A stretch of DNA of 64,000 nt from Camelus ferus (taxonomy: Eukaryota): assembly GCF_009834535.1 (NCBI RefSeq), contig NC_045696.1:7194001-7258000 (forward strand), in the 5' to 3' direction. The number at the start of each line of letters is the position of its first letter. Within the stretch, counting starts at the first letter, position 1. Position numbers and translations under genes: made by a program. Below are positions 27,261-41,700 of the stretch, piece after piece. The notes beneath the pieces were generated by a model. That model saw only the letters and a program-made list of their open reading frames with translations, had not been told where the DNA came from and ran no database searches.

Positions 27261-29697
27261 ACAAGAAATGAAATTGAGCTTTGTCACATTTTCAAGTTGC
27301 TGTTAACACTTTCAGGTTTAGAGCAAAATTAACAGCAACTGTAAAGGATTAGAACAATATTCCACTTTCCAGGGCAAGCAATCCAATGGAAATATACATA
27401 GAATACAGCTAATGTAGTGTATTTTTTGTAATTTTAACTTTTTACTATATGGCTATGAGTTTTTCTAACAGAAGCTGCCATCAACATTTCAACTTTTTCC
27501 CCAACCTACTCAAAAGCAAGCACTATGTAAATGTTTTTCTATACATTCAAATAGATTTTCAAATGTTACATTTTAGAGAAATCCTAAAAAGTATTTTTAT
27601 TCTATTACGGAAAGACTAAACAAAAGGTGGGCATAATATCAGAATGCATGGTTCACTGGAAGTCTCAAACAAGCTTTATCAGACTGAAGAGAAGTAACAT
27701 TCTGTTTCTGGTTATGACACATTAATATATAATTTCAAAAATAACTTTAAAATCATAAAACCCAAATTAATTATTAACCTAGAGAGCTTAGAATATGTAA
27801 ACTGAGACCAAGAAAACAATACCATATCTTGCAACCAAGATCAAGATATGAGCATAATATAAATATATTATATTCATATGTAAAATTTCTAATAATGAAT
27901 AAAACATTTAAAAAATTTTCTACTCTGTCAGTACATACTAACAGCTACAAATACAGTCTTAAAGACCATCAGTGTTCTGACAATTCTTAGGGGCTGAGAG
28001 AATTTCTTTAATCTCACATATTCAGAGAAATGCTTTGAAACATGTCAAGGAGATACAGTTTCCATTTGTGCCTTATAATTGTATCTTTATAAAAGATACA
28101 ATTTTATTTTAAAATAGATCAACTTGTCCCACCTATCCTAGCAATTATCTCCTTCTAAATGGAGTACAGATCCATCGCACACCAAGAAGTCAGTGATTTT
28201 CAAATATATTTTCTCATAGAATGTCTGTAAATGTCTCCAGAAAGACTTCCAGCATTTGTAAAAAAATACTGAATTAAGACAAAGAGCAGATTTCAAGCAT
28301 CAAATTCAAAGAAAACATGTTCACCCTATCTCTATCACTGCAAATTATCTCCCCCCTTACGAAAACTGAAGCCACTTTTCCCACCTCTCTAAGCACCCAC
28401 CACACATACTTGTCTCCTAATTTCTTCTCATGTTCTCTCTTACTTAGAGGTTCTGGATGAAAATCATTTTTAAAAGTCCAATAAAACCAAACCAGAGTCA
28501 TCTTCTTAGAGGGAAGAACTTTAAAGCTGGAAGAAATCTGAAAAACCATCTAACAGTAACCCCCTGTTCTATAAACAAAAAAACTAAACTTTAAGAAAAA
28601 TAGTGCATAAGACCTTACAGCTGAAAATCAAAGTCCTCCCAAATAATCTTCTAACAGTATCCACGAATAGTCTTTATCAGTCAAGTGCCAGTAAGTTTCT
28701 TGGTTTGTTGTTCATATTAAAATATATTTAAATAAATATTTTTTAAAGATTAGCTCAGAATCATTCTCCACACCATCATATGACTACAGCATCTAAAAAT
28801 CAAGGCTTGCTTAAGAAAGGGTTGAAAAATCACTCTAACCCCATGCATCTAATCCATTCTATGAAAGACTCAATTCTGGTTTACTCCAAACTTTAGATAT
28901 CCTTTGGTGTGTTTTTGAACTACTCAGAATCCTTATAAGCCTCATTTAATTCCTAAGGACAAAGGCAAAAAGAGAAATAAAAGGGAAAGACTTTTAAGCC
29001 AATTTCATTCATACTCTTGCCCATAAATCTTTAATATCTTGGTCATTTCTCCCAGGTTCAAGCCTCTCTTATTTTCTCCACACTGATAAAGGTTTCCTAA
29101 TCCAGCCTTGTCTTCCAGTCTATAGCAGTTAAAAAGGTATCTTCCATGTAAACAAAGACTGCTTCCTGGTCCACCTCAAATATTCTTCATACGACAAAAT
29201 TTTCCCATCCTTGAAGAAGAAAAAAAAATTAAAACCTTGGCACTCTTATCTTCCTTCGGGGCCCAGAGACACAAGGAAACATCATCTGTTAGTGACAGAT
29301 GCTCTGGGATAAAACATCATGAATTTAAATGTTGTTTAGTTTATCATCAGTTCTTTTAAAAGCTACTTAAATTGCAGAGTTTTAGGAAAGTATCAATGAG
29401 TACTACTTTTAGAATCAGAAATTAAACATTTAAAATGTTTAAAAATAGTTAACCCACTAAATTAGAATCTTCATTACATAAAATATATATTTTAGAGTTC
29501 CTAGTATAGAAAATATTAAGTTTTCTAAGTATACAATTAATCATTAACTTTTTAAAAATCCAGTGTTTCAGTTGCATTTTTCTCCCCTATATTGTAAGAA
29601 AAAACATATTTAGAATATGTAACTGGTAACTTCTCATCTGCAACGAATGATGCTCAAGAAATACAAACAGCCTCTATCCTCTCAATGTGTAACATAC

Positions 29698-29859
29698 CAT
29701 TATGCCAAGCAATAAATCATTCAAGATCATCTCAAATGACAAATTACACCATACCAATGATTTTGTATTTTAGGGAGAAATACAAAGTAGCTTTAGAGTT
29801 TTCAAAAACGGCAAGTAAATTAAACTGCATTTTCCTTTTTTAATTTGAAGCCATCTAAT
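29698..29859 (-). other. Candidate non-coding exon (162 nt)
   Basis: Acceptor ATATTTTTTTCCAG|ATTAG and donor ATG|GTATGT; stops in all three frames. An alternative upstream acceptor TTTTTACAAGCAG|ATTG lies at 30046/30045. Confidence 0.3.
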
Positions 29860-31902
29860 CTGGAAAAAAATATTCAAAAAATTGTGAGCAACTACTTTGG
29901 TCAGGTTTGTAATGCCTCATTCTACAAAGTGAGGCTGCCATCACACTATTTTGCTGGACACCTTTTACAAAAGATTCAGTCCAGTAGATGTCTATACCCT
30001 CCAACTTAAGAGCAATCCTGATGCTTTTTCCTCCTTCTCATCAATCTGCTTGTAAAAATAGAAGGTAAATGGTTATTTAAAACTGGATTATTGACATAAA
30101 TTTTTAAATCCTTGGACTATTCACTACACTTGTGGATCAACTAATTCATATTTGGTGAATGGTCCCATCCTCTTCCTCTACTTCCACTCCCAAAAACAAA
30201 AAAGGCACTCAAAACACTATGAATTCTCACTCAACTCACAATATGTATGCTTTACTCCCTCATCAAATTATCATGGAAATCTACTAGCTGACTAATCAAG
30301 CCTTCATTTAGCTAAATGTTATCCAAATTAATTCACACTGCTAAAACAAACCAAAAAAAAAATCCCCACAAATTAACTTTGGGGTTAAAACCCCTTTTTG
30401 TATTATGCCTATCAAGATAATAAAATACAGCAATAGTTTCATCTTTCTTAAGCATCTTCACCCATACAAACTGCATTAAGTATTTTCTTGTCAATTTCCA
30501 TGTCATGGGAAATCAGGTGGACAGATTTAGGGTTATAACACAATTAGGGGTTACAGTCAGTCTGACTTTAAAAACGAACAATATAAAACATGCACTTCCA
30601 AGAGGCTTGGGTGTGAAGCATCTGAGACAAGCAGCCATCCTGCAAAGCAGCTGAAACCAAGGTAACAAGGAGTGGCCACAGGAGGTAATGCGCAAAAGGT
30701 GGACAGATCAAGGACAGAGAAAACAATGCTTCCAAACAACTCAAACCAAAAGCCACAAAGGCAGAAACTGAAGTACAGGTGTTGACTCTCAAGAGAGCTG
30801 TTTCTCACTTGGGCAACTTTAAGTTGTGTACTACACAGGTGGATGGCAGAAGGAAGGTTTTATTGGGATCATGAATGCCACCACCGAGTTCCTAATATAT
30901 ACTACCAGAATTCCCAGGTAAATAGAACCAAGGATAGCCACAATTGGAGAAATGCTTGAAAAAAATCCCTTAGGACGACCAACAAGAGAAAGAGCCAATA
31001 CTACACCCTGAAGCTCAGTTTCCTAAATTGAGGGAGGAGGGTGCTGTTAAAAAGAAAATCTAGAGCACTGGATAGACTGAGCACACTTGTTCATATCCTC
31101 CATAATACCCACCAACACAGCAGTAGAATCACAAAAATAAAATCAATAACTTAAAGCATGGGATGGAGACATACCAGTGAACCAAAGGTTCTGTAAGATT
31201 TCTTCAAGACAAATGGCTAATAGGATCACACCAATAATCAAAGGAGTATCAGAAAGACTCAGAGCTGAAAGCTGACACTAGGAACGTCAGCAGAAGTAGC
31301 AGGTACCATTCTGGGTGGAAAGTGAAAACTGGGGTAGGAGGGGCAGAAGCTGGCTTGATTACTAGACAGCTATCTGCTGCGTGGTCAGCCTCCCCCGCCA
31401 GCTCAAAGTATCTACCGCACAGTCAGCACACCGAGTCTAAGCTAGTCCAACACAGGTAAACAGTCACCCCCAAAGAAATGCCTTGGAAGACACTAAGCCA
31501 CCGGCGTAGGAAGGGCTAGACAGGCAGCAGCACAAGTTCATACTGCTCACTGGGACCTCCTCAACGGGGCAATGAAGATGAGAACCCTCCTGCCAGGACC
31601 CCAATTCACAGTCACTGAACTGAGGCCGTCAGTCCAGGGTCTCACCACAAATGCCAAACCCACACTCGTCCTCTTGCTTGGGAGAGAAGCTGATAATGGC
31701 AGAGGGAGTTCAGGATCTTGAGTTGGACAACAGGGGTTACAAGCAGTTTTTATTAAAATATTAAAAAAGAGGGCCTCACACAGATCTAAGGTGACAAGAG
31801 TCATAAGCAATTACCCTGCATTTGAGATTTTTTTTAAAATTTTCCTAGTAAAAAGTTGAATGCACATCATACAATTAAATCATTTTTTAAAAATCATCAT
31901 GA

Positions 31903-32124
31903 TGGGGGGTGGGAAGAGATAGACTGGGATTTCAAAATGTACAACAGATAAACAAGATTATACTGTATAGCAAAGGAAAATATATACAAGATCTTACAGT
32001 AGCTCACAGAGAAAAAAATGTGACAATGAATATGTATGTTCATGTATAACTGAAAAATTGTGCTCTACACTGGAATTTGACACAACATTGTAAAATGATT
32101 ATAAATCAATTAAAAATGTTTAAA
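31903..32124 (+). mobile_element. Young lineage-specific L1 3' UTR, 5'-truncated, with perfect TSD
   Basis: Similar to the 3' ~220 bp of the 21093 copy. 14-bp TSD aaaaatcatcatga at 31889-31902 and 32125-32138, preceded by TT (TT/AAAA endonuclease site). Confidence 0.92.
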
Positions 32125-33869
32125 AAAAATCATCATGACATGCACTACACCTTCAATCCCAGGGTTAACATTTCTCCTATGAATGGGACGAACTTAGTGA
32201 CATAATACTACATCTGCCTCTCTATGGGTCCTAATATACCATGTGCTTTTCCAGTGTAGTTTTTTTGTTTTTAATTTTCAACAGAACCTCAAGACAAAAT
32301 CACGGAACTCATTTACAGTTAAGGAAAGGTACACAAATGTATATTCTTATATACAATGTAAAAGTAACTGTCCGGTGGATAAATGCTGCAAGGTAAAAAG
32401 AAAGGGTACTAAAGCCCTTACTTTGTATCTTGGGAAATCAAGAGAAACTGATTTTAATTTTAGTAACAAAAAATTTAAAAGAACAGAAATTGGCAGAAAG
32501 AAAGGCAGCATAGGGAACTGTTTGATTTCATCTTTCTGGGAGGACAATCATTAGTTTTTTAAGTAATAAATTAGATCTATAAACACATTACTATATTTAA
32601 AGTGATGTAAGTAACCAAAGGAAGAACTTAAAAACTGAAGATTAAAAGTTTTACCACTAAGGAGTGACAATGAGGAAAAGGAAACTGGTATTTCATTTTT
32701 TACTTCCAGAATGGGTTATGTTTTATTAACATATGCCTGTAAATTGAGTAATTAATGCCTAATACAGAATAAATGTACAAATATGACTTTAATATGTCAG
32801 TTGAGCATGGCCTAAAAAATACTACCACCTCTAAGAGGAAAAAAACTGGTTGTAACCAGGAGGTTACAGAAGAAGCATGCATTCAACAAATACTTCTAGT
32901 TTTTGTAACTTCATACAAAGCAGATCTAGGTTTGTAATACAAAGGCAAATATTTACATTTTCAAGTGCCTGCTTTTTGAGTACTTGATTCCATGTGGATC
33001 TTGTGGATGGTGTGTCAAAATGCAAGTGAACTTATCTGTGCTTCCCTCTAATCTCTAACACAGACCTATTTAATAATATGGATCTCTACACTTTTTTAAA
33101 AGACTAGCATTTAAAGGATACACAGGACTCAACTAAAGAAAGACCAGTAAACAGTAGCCTGATGTCAAAGGAAAAGGGAGAAAAAGCTCTTAGAAAGAAA
33201 TTCAGTCTTAACGTATACTTTCGGAGTAGTTGATCTACGCTATCAAACCTTAAGCAATACCTTTTTACATCAGCTTTTTTAGTCTGGGTTTCCTTTTAAA
33301 GGGTCTTACTTCTTAAAACAAAATTTATTCAAAAAATGTTTTAAATAATGGCCAGATCTATCCATTTTCTAAAACTACAAAAACCAAACTCCATCAAATT
33401 ATTCCTACACTCAAAGCAAATATTTTATTTCACTTGTTTCCACAATTCAAATCACTGTTGATAATACACATTCTTCACAACTCATATTTGCTTGTTTAAA
33501 AACACATGTTCTTTTCTAAAGCAGTAATTACTTCCACAGACTTCTGAGAAAAGCTAATATAGATAAGCTTATTGTATCTTATCAAAACCAAAGAGTAAAT
33601 TATTTATGAAGCCCCTGAGAATCCCTTTAAAAGACAATACACAATACAGAAAATAAAAGGTCACCAACATCAACAGATTGTTAATGGGTTTATTCTCATT
33701 TGTTCAACAAATATTTGAGAAGCGATTATGTTCCAGGCATTACACTAATAAATAAGATCCAGTCCCTTCATACAAAACCTTAACATTTCTTATATTATAT
33801 AAAATGATACTATGAACAAAATTAAAACACAAATGTACTGGAAAATTTGTCAGAAGTAACTAACAATGC

Positions 33870-34070
33870 AGGAATATAGTGGTTAAGAGTCAGGAGTCAA
33901 GCTCCTGGATTTGCATTTGAGCTCCATCCTTACTGTGTGACCTGGGGCAGACTACCTAATTTCTGGCTGGGCTAATCATCATACCTATCTGAGAATTATC
34001 ATCAAGAAAAAATGAGTTAATAAATGTAAGTCATTTAGAAGAGTTTCCAGCATACAGTAAGAGTCAATGA
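33870..34070 (+). mobile_element. MIR SINE
   Basis: 'atagtggttaagag...cctggatttgcat...ctgtgtgacctggggcag...aatgagttaataaatgtaag...cagcatacagtaag'. Confidence 0.75.
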
Positions 34071-34119
34071 GGAACTCTGATAAAATTAAAATTTTTAAAA
34101 AGATACTCAAGTGAAATAT

Positions 34120-34760
34120 CAGCAAAACACAGTAAAAGGAAATTCACAGAAGATATAAAAACATATTCATTCTCACTTAAAATTCAGATAAATGCAAATT
34201 AAAATATTAAGTTACACTTTATCAAATTGGAAAATACTTTTAAATACTCAGGATTCTAGAGTATGGTAAAATTCTGTTCTGTAGGTGGTTAAAAGCATAA
34301 ACTGTTCTTTAAAAAGACATTTGAAAATATGCATCAAAAGTTAAGACTTTTAAATGTACATATTCTTTAACTCAACATGTGCAACTTCTAGGAACTGCAC
34401 CTAAGGCAACAAATCAAAAATGAAAACAAAGACTACCACAATAATTGTCCACTTAAACATTATTATGAATTAGCAACAATGGGCAGTAGGTTAAATAGTA
34501 ACTGATTTGTAGAATACTAACTACTCATTAAAAATGATGCTATAAAGAATACTGATGATGGAGAAATGTTTACATTTTAAAGGACTAAAAACAAAGTAAA
34601 ATATGACCCAGTTTTGCTTCCTCAATACTGTTTGAAGGAGTTACATTTACATAAGGTTATCTGCAATAATGTATAAACTAAAAAAATACAATTATATTCT
34701 CTGATTGTTTGGACTACTGATAATTTTTATTTTCTTCTTTACAGAAGTTCTATCTGAACT
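34120..34760 (+). mobile_element. Ancient L1ME-type 3' fragment
   Basis: 'aattcacagaaga', 'aaatgcaaattaaaa', 'caacttctaggaact', 'tagaatactaactactcattaaaaatga'. Confidence 0.5.
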
Positions 34761-34901
34761 AGAATTATTTTTAATTAAAAATACACTAACTGGATTGTGG
34801 TGGTGATAGCTGCCTAACTATAAGTTCACTAAAAACTCATACTTACTCAAACTGCATGAATTTTATGATATGTAAATCGTATCAAAGAACGTCAAAGTTT
34901 A

Positions 34902-34906
<5 letters not shown>

Positions 34907-34949
<43 letters not shown>

Positions 34950-34965
34950 CTCTCTCTCTCTCTCT
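34907..34965. repeat. Compound (AC)20...(TC)n microsatellite
   Basis: Perfect AC run 34907-34946, then AG, then a TC run. Confidence 0.95.
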
Positions 34966-35199
34966 ACTTATATAAAAGGTGAAGGACAGGGAAAGGTCTC
35001 TGCCCTTAAAGAGAAAAAATGGCAAACATTTCGTGTTTTATTTAATGGGGAAGAGGGAGGAAGAGAGTATTTCAGATCTCTTTCAACAATAAATTTGCAT
35101 AACTGTAACAAAATCTTTTTCTAGTAGATTCATGTAAAAATGGATGTTAGACAATCATTTCAAGTATATCAGTATGAAAAAAATAAAGTGTTACTTTTC

Positions 35200-36730
35200 A
35201 AGGTAACTTGGTTATTCTCTGGTGGATACCGTAAGAAGTGCTCAAAGATACCAACAGCCTCCAAATTCATACTCCGGTTCCTAACATTTTGTCTGCTGTC
35301 TTTACACTTCAGTCAGTTTAGCTGGATATAAAAGTCTTGGCTCTCCCTTCTTTTCCTTGCATATATTAGATGTTACTTGATTGCTTCCAGCCTAAAGCAT
35401 TGCTATCAAAATCAGATAGTCTAATATTCTTCCCTTAAAGACTCTGGTCTTTACCTAGATAACCCGAGAATTTTCTTTAAAGTCTAAGAATGTTTAAAGA
35501 GTATGTCTACATGTTGGTCATATTTGGATCAATTTATCCAAGAATACAACATGCCCTTACCAAATGTAGTGGGGCCAACTTTTTTTTTTATTTCAGGAAA
35601 TTTACTTGAGTTATAATTATCAGAATTTATTAATTTCCATTGCTTTGGTTCTTCTTCAGAGACTCTTATTTGTATGTTGAAATTACTCTGCCTCTATTTA
35701 GTAAATGTCACTTTCTCTAGAATGCTCCTTTATCTATTTTTCTTCAATTCTTTTTTGTTTAAATTTTGTTTCTTCTATTTATCTTCTGTTTCTCTGAAGT
35801 AATTTCCTGTTGGGTTTTTTCTCTCTTGTGTACCCTACAGTTTAGGCTTCGTTTTTAATATTTCCTTACTCAGATTTAATTTATGTTGCTCTTTCATATT
35901 TGTATCATTTTCTAAATTTCTGTGAGTTCATTTTGAAACATTTGGTTATAGTTTTCACCTGTTTTATGAACATTTCTTGCTAGTATGTCTTCATTGTCTG
36001 TAGAAATATTACTCACTCCTTATTCCTTTTTTCTTAGGAAGACTCTGTGGGGAATTGACCATGATCCCAGCAGTTGCTCAATTTCATGTAAAATGAAAAA
36101 CTTTTAGGAAACTGGAGTAGTCTTCCTGGCTTTAGTAGGTGTCCTCTTCTGTTTTCATGAAGAGGACACGAACAATACAGAAACACAGTCTCATACATGA
36201 GGTCTCCTCTACTAACCTCCCCACTTCATCTGCGTTTTGTCCCTTTTCCCCCATTGCCTCCATCCTGCTTAATGTGAATTCTATTGCCAGCAGTGTCTAC
36301 ATTAGTGTGGGACTTTGACCAGGAAGGGAGCTTGAACTAGTTAAGTTTTGAAAATTCATAGGAACCAGATGGGTGTAACCCACAGAATTCATCATGGGCC
36401 CCTGGTATCCCGGGAATGCAAAAACTCTTAATTTCAGCTGCTGGTTTCAAGCTTGCATGCCACACTTTCCAGGGAGTTCTCATTAGCTAGCTTGGGTTTC
36501 TCCTGTTCTCAGGTCCATCAGATACCTGCTGCTTCCTTCTGCACCTTTCACAAATGTTGACAGGTCTTGTAGTTATTGGAGATTTGTCCCCAGCCTACTT
36601 TTATTAGGGTTTGTGGAGATACTGTTCAGTCTTGCAGGATGTCAGTGAATTTGTTTTTGCTGTCCTAATTACTGTTTCTAGGGAAAATTGTGAAGATTCA
36701 AAAAATTATGCCCTGCTGTCATCTTCCCAG
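35200..36730 (-). mobile_element. Ancient L1/HAL1-like ORF1 and 5' region, antisense
   Basis: T-rich text with 'tagctggatataaaagtcttgg', 'ttcttcttcagagactcttatt...tatgttgaa', ending 'ctgctgtcatcttcccagaa'. Confidence 0.5.
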
Positions 36731-37750
36731 AACTCAAACATTCTTCTGGAGGTACATTTGGTAAGTATCCCTAAAATCTAAAATAATGAATAGGAATCTA
36801 TTTGCTTTCATCTAGGCCTTAAATAAAGGCATTATGGTCTAAGAAATTCAACTTTACAATGTGGCTAACTTTAGGTTTCCCATCGCCTTTTCTATGAATA
36901 TCATACATTCTCTTACGTGATACATACATGATGTGATCATTACTAACTGCTTCCACTTAAAAATTTGAAACTTAATGAAAATAAGAAACATAAAAGGAAA
37001 ACAAAAAATTACGTGAACTCTTAAAACCATTTGAAGAAATTTATTAAAGCAGACATTAAGAGAGTGAGATATGTTTAGACATTAGGAGAATGGCAAAAAT
37101 CGTTCTTTTTTCCAAGTATTCACTGAGGACTTTCTATGTCACAGGAACCCTGCTGGACATACATAGGGCACAGAAAGACAGTGAGCCATGGCCTTTGACC
37201 TTGAGAATTGGACTAGCTGGGACCAAAAAAATGATGAGAAAACTTGTGCAAATGCCATAAGAGCATTAAATAAAACCATGTGCTATAAAGAATCCTGGGG
37301 GGGAGAGATCTAGGGAACTCTATGAGGTTTGTCACTTTTTGTATCTCTGAAGCAACTGAACTTTCTCCTCCACTGAGTATACACTGTCACTTTTACGTTT
37401 TCTAAAATAGAAGACTCTTCTTTTTGCCAGCTGAATTAGAAACTTAATTTTTAACTATAATACTCAATGCTCACAATGATAAATTAAAAGACAAACATTC
37501 ATCTAACGCTAGTGAGTATAAACTGGTATTATAACCAAATAGCTTTCTAAACAGTAGTATGAAGGGCCTTAAAATTTTTCTAGCCTTATAATTTAACTTA
37601 CACTCCTAGGAATAAATTACAAGAAAATAATTTAACATACAACTAAACACTTAGGCACAGATGTTAGTACTTAAAAAAGAAGAGTATAAAATGATGTCTA
37701 ATAAGAGATACCCGACTTAACTAGGAAGTGAACATACAGAGAAATAGTCT

Positions 37751-38728
37751 CAAATCAGCACACTTTAAAATAAATTTCTAAAGTAATTCACCTTCAAAAA
37801 GTTATGGTTCTGAATGCTCTGAATTTGCTCCAAGTTCAAAAGGACAGCATATCACTATGGTTAGTTTTTGATGATGCAGGGGAAGTTCACAATGTATGTT
37901 AAGCAATAAAAGAAAATATAAACAATACAAAAACAGATTCTACCCAAGCACACCAACCTGATTATTCAGGATAATCTTAATCAAAAATGGCATCAGAAAC
38001 AGCATCCTGGAAGGGAAAGTGCCACTGTGCAATGGGCAACAGAACTCCGACTATGTTTCCTTCCACTTATCTACAGTCTTATCAATTTCAACTTTTTTTC
38101 ACTGATATTGTATTACTTAGTAAACAGGGAGAAAAAATTAAAACCTGACAACAAAATAAATCTACTAGATTTACCATTCACCAGAAACAATCAATTCATT
38201 GAATTATTAAGCACAAAATCAGACTGCTTGGGGTTAAGAAATGAATGAGAGCTAAAGAAGGGAAAACATATTTTTAAAAGACCAGACACACAGGACTATG
38301 TGAAGAATGAATCCAAAAGGAGGCAAATGGGCAATACGCACCAAAATATTAAAATGTACACACAATTTGATTTACCCAATGCACCTGGTATATGAATGGG
38401 ATTAAAGAAGCTGGTTTTACTTAAATTTACAGATCTGATTTCTAACTGTTCTGTATTAATATGCCATACTCCTGTGATCACTGAAGAAGTATGCAAACTT
38501 TGCCCTACAAAACTCACACTTTAAAATGAGTAAGAGAATCTAAAATTAAAAACTCTGTCACATCAAATGGTTTTAAGCACTTAAATTCACAGAAATATAA
38601 CAAAAACAATATGAACCAATCAGGAGAATTTAAAATAAATTTCTAACGTTATTCATCCTCAGAGTTACAGTTCTGAATATTCCAGAACTATTTCAAGTTT
38701 GAAAACGACTAGCCTATCACTATTGTTA
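37751..38728. repeat. Old dispersed direct duplication, ~110 bp (37751-37863 and 38616-38728)
   Basis: Shared blocks aatcag..tttaaaataaatttctaa.gt.attca..agtta..gttctgaat..caagtt..agc.tatcactat.gtta; roughly three-quarters identical by eye. Confidence 0.75.
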
Positions 38729-41700
38729 AAAAACAATTTCAGTTGTTAAAGAAGCCCAACAAAATACAGAATGTTATCAACTGCCGTATCCAACAGCTTT
38801 CCCCATTAATGTTCCCCTGGACATTAATAGATATAAATAAGAAATAAAAGGGAAAGGAAGTCCTCTTATCAAATAAACTGAAGAAAATGCAAAAGCCTTT
38901 ATGTTAATGTGCATGGTGATGTCTGGGGCAGTGCATTTTCCAAATTTAATCTCATAAGTAAGGGATTTCTACGTCCTAAATAAACTGAATTTGGTTACCT
39001 CTTAAGTCAAAGGGGTTAAGAGCGGCTCCTAGGTTCCCAGGATGACGGTGTGCTTGGGTAGAATGATGCTACTCATTACTAACAGGCATAAAGAGGAGAG
39101 GAGGGACTGTGTGTAGGAGAGACATCCAGGAGGCAGTTACCTAAGTCTGAAGCTCAGAAGAGAAGCATGGGACACAAATGGAGATTTTCACAACACCAGC
39201 ATGTGGGTACCAGGCGAAGCCTTTACTACTAACCAGAGAGAACTTTCTGCTTTTACTCCAGAGGCCTTGCGTTCAATAGACAAGTATTTAAAATTTATCA
39301 TAAGCATTCATTGTGTAATTTGTTTATATATCTGCCCCTTCTTCCAACTGAAATGTGTTCCTTTATTCCTAAGCACAGGAATCCTTATAAACAGAGCACT
39401 ATTACAGTACCTGGTACAAAGCAAATGTTAGCCAAATAAAATGTTTGGCCACAAATGATTTTTCTTCCAAAAATCAAAAAATAATCCAATTTTACCTAAT
39501 TTAAATCCTTACTATATTTTAAAATATGCAAAAATACCCTCAAATTAAACAAGTACAGGAACACCTTTATACACATGTACCAGAGATATATCAAACTTTA
39601 ACTCTGCCTTGCTGTTCAGTAAAAATCTATTAGTAAGCTTTGGCTTTTGAAAGATCAGTCAAAGCATCCTTCAATGTCCTTGCTAGCACCCCTGACCCTG
39701 CACCTCATCAACGAAATGGTATGAGAGAGTAAGGCAGTCAACACTGTGACTGCCCGGGGAAGCAAGATCCACTTTCAATGAAAAACTCCTTATGAGCTTT
39801 TATGTGTTAAAATTCTATCAGTTGAAGTATAACAAATGTGTGTATAGTAAAATAAGAGCAAACTGCATTAATTAATGATGATTATGAAAGCTGTTAATTT
39901 TACATTCAGAAACAATTGTTAACATTCAAACTGTTGAAAGGGAATACACCAGCAGCTAATATATACATTAGAGTCTGACTTCTTTCTCGGTTTTCTCCTT
40001 TATAAGCCAGTAAATGTTTATAATTTTTAAAATTGGATTGTATCATAAATCTAGTATTTGTAAATTTTTGTGTTTTGGCATTCATAAAATTAACTAGATA
40101 ACCTTTATAAATTGTATTTACTCTTTAGATATTTCATTTCATCCATAAGCCTTTTAAGAAAAAGAACTATCTGGAAAGTCTCTGTCTTGTGAAGATAAAC
40201 TAGAAGTAAAATAGTAACTTTGCCATCTCAAAATTCCTTAAGGGAAAGTCTCCAACATCATTAATATTCATAGATAAATCTATGAGACACCCCAAATACA
40301 CTGTTCCTCCACTGACCTCAGTTGAAAGTGAGCATCTACCTGGTATAGCCAATGTGCAGTAGAGTGCCCAAGGAGCAAGCCAGGAGCAGACAGTGATGAG
40401 AAACTCTTCCCGCACCAAAAGGTCACACTTATAAAATCTGACAACATTTTCATAAAATTCTAAATTTTTCTGTAAATATTCCTATTTATTTCTCTATGAC
40501 AGTGATATTCAGCTTCCGCATCATATTGATTTTATCAGCCACTCGGCCAGAATGTGTACAGTGGTGTACCTCTAGTATGTGTAGGCAAATATATATGTGT
40601 GCCCCTGAGAGATAGATTACAGAGATGATTACTCCATCACTTTTTACTCAAAAATCAATTACCAACAGATTCTTTGAGTCCCTCATGAATGTAAAATATT
40701 ATTTGATCTATAATTAAATTTAAAATATATTCAAGCACATTTCTTCATACATGATGGCACATCTGAGACATTTTTAAATCCCACTCTGAAATCAAAAAAT
40801 GGTCATTTCTTTTCCTTTTAGAAGACAAAGATCACCAAAAACAAAAACCAATCACAAAAACTTTAACACCTTCACCAACCACGTAATTAAGTATCTATTC
40901 AAGATTTATGTAGTTACTTCTTTTCCAATTAAAGACCACATTTTCTTTCAAACAGTTTATAAACCAAGTTAAGACTATCTCTGACCAGGTCTACAAATAT
41001 AAGCCACCTGGTTCAACAAAATGCCTCATAATTGACCTAATTTAAGAACATATAAGTTTAAAAGCTAGTAACATTCTACCCATTAGCTATACTGTATTTT
41101 CATGAGTTTGAACACAGCCACAGATGGAACAGCCTCCATTTTTCCATATATGAATAAGATCACCTCAATTAACTATAAAGCAATCCAAAATATTCTTTTC
41201 AAAACTGCCTTCTTTACTGCTTCTCCTGTATATTCAAGTGACAAAAGGATAAAAGAGAAGGAGAGAAGGAAGAAAGAAAGGAGAAGGAGAGGAATGGAGG
41301 AAGGGATGGAGAGCGGGAGGAGACAGGCAAGAAAGTAAAAACAAAATCCCAGATCATATTTTTTTAAGGAATCATACATATGTGTGTAATATCCTTAATT
41401 TAATTGTGTGAGTCTTATTTAAGACATACCACTACCATCTACTCCCTATGCCTTTAAAAGATTTGCTCTATTCTAACAGAGATTTGGGGAAACATGCATT
41501 CAACCATCAAGGTGAATATTTTATTTTTTTAAACAGAAATACTTCAATTCTCACCAATATATTAGCCAACCATCCCCTTTTGAAAATGTCAAGTACGAGC
41601 AATTACTATGCTGTATTTGTATTAATACCATTGCCAGTCACTGATTATCAGACTGATTCCCAAAGTTTAATAAATATTCCAACTATCTTTGCATTTATTG

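Noticed and set aside
30950..31860. Possible HAL1/L1 5' remnant, and similarly an LTR-like patch at ~5300-5600
   Set aside because: Too diverged to assign a family by eye; needs RepeatMasker/Dfam.
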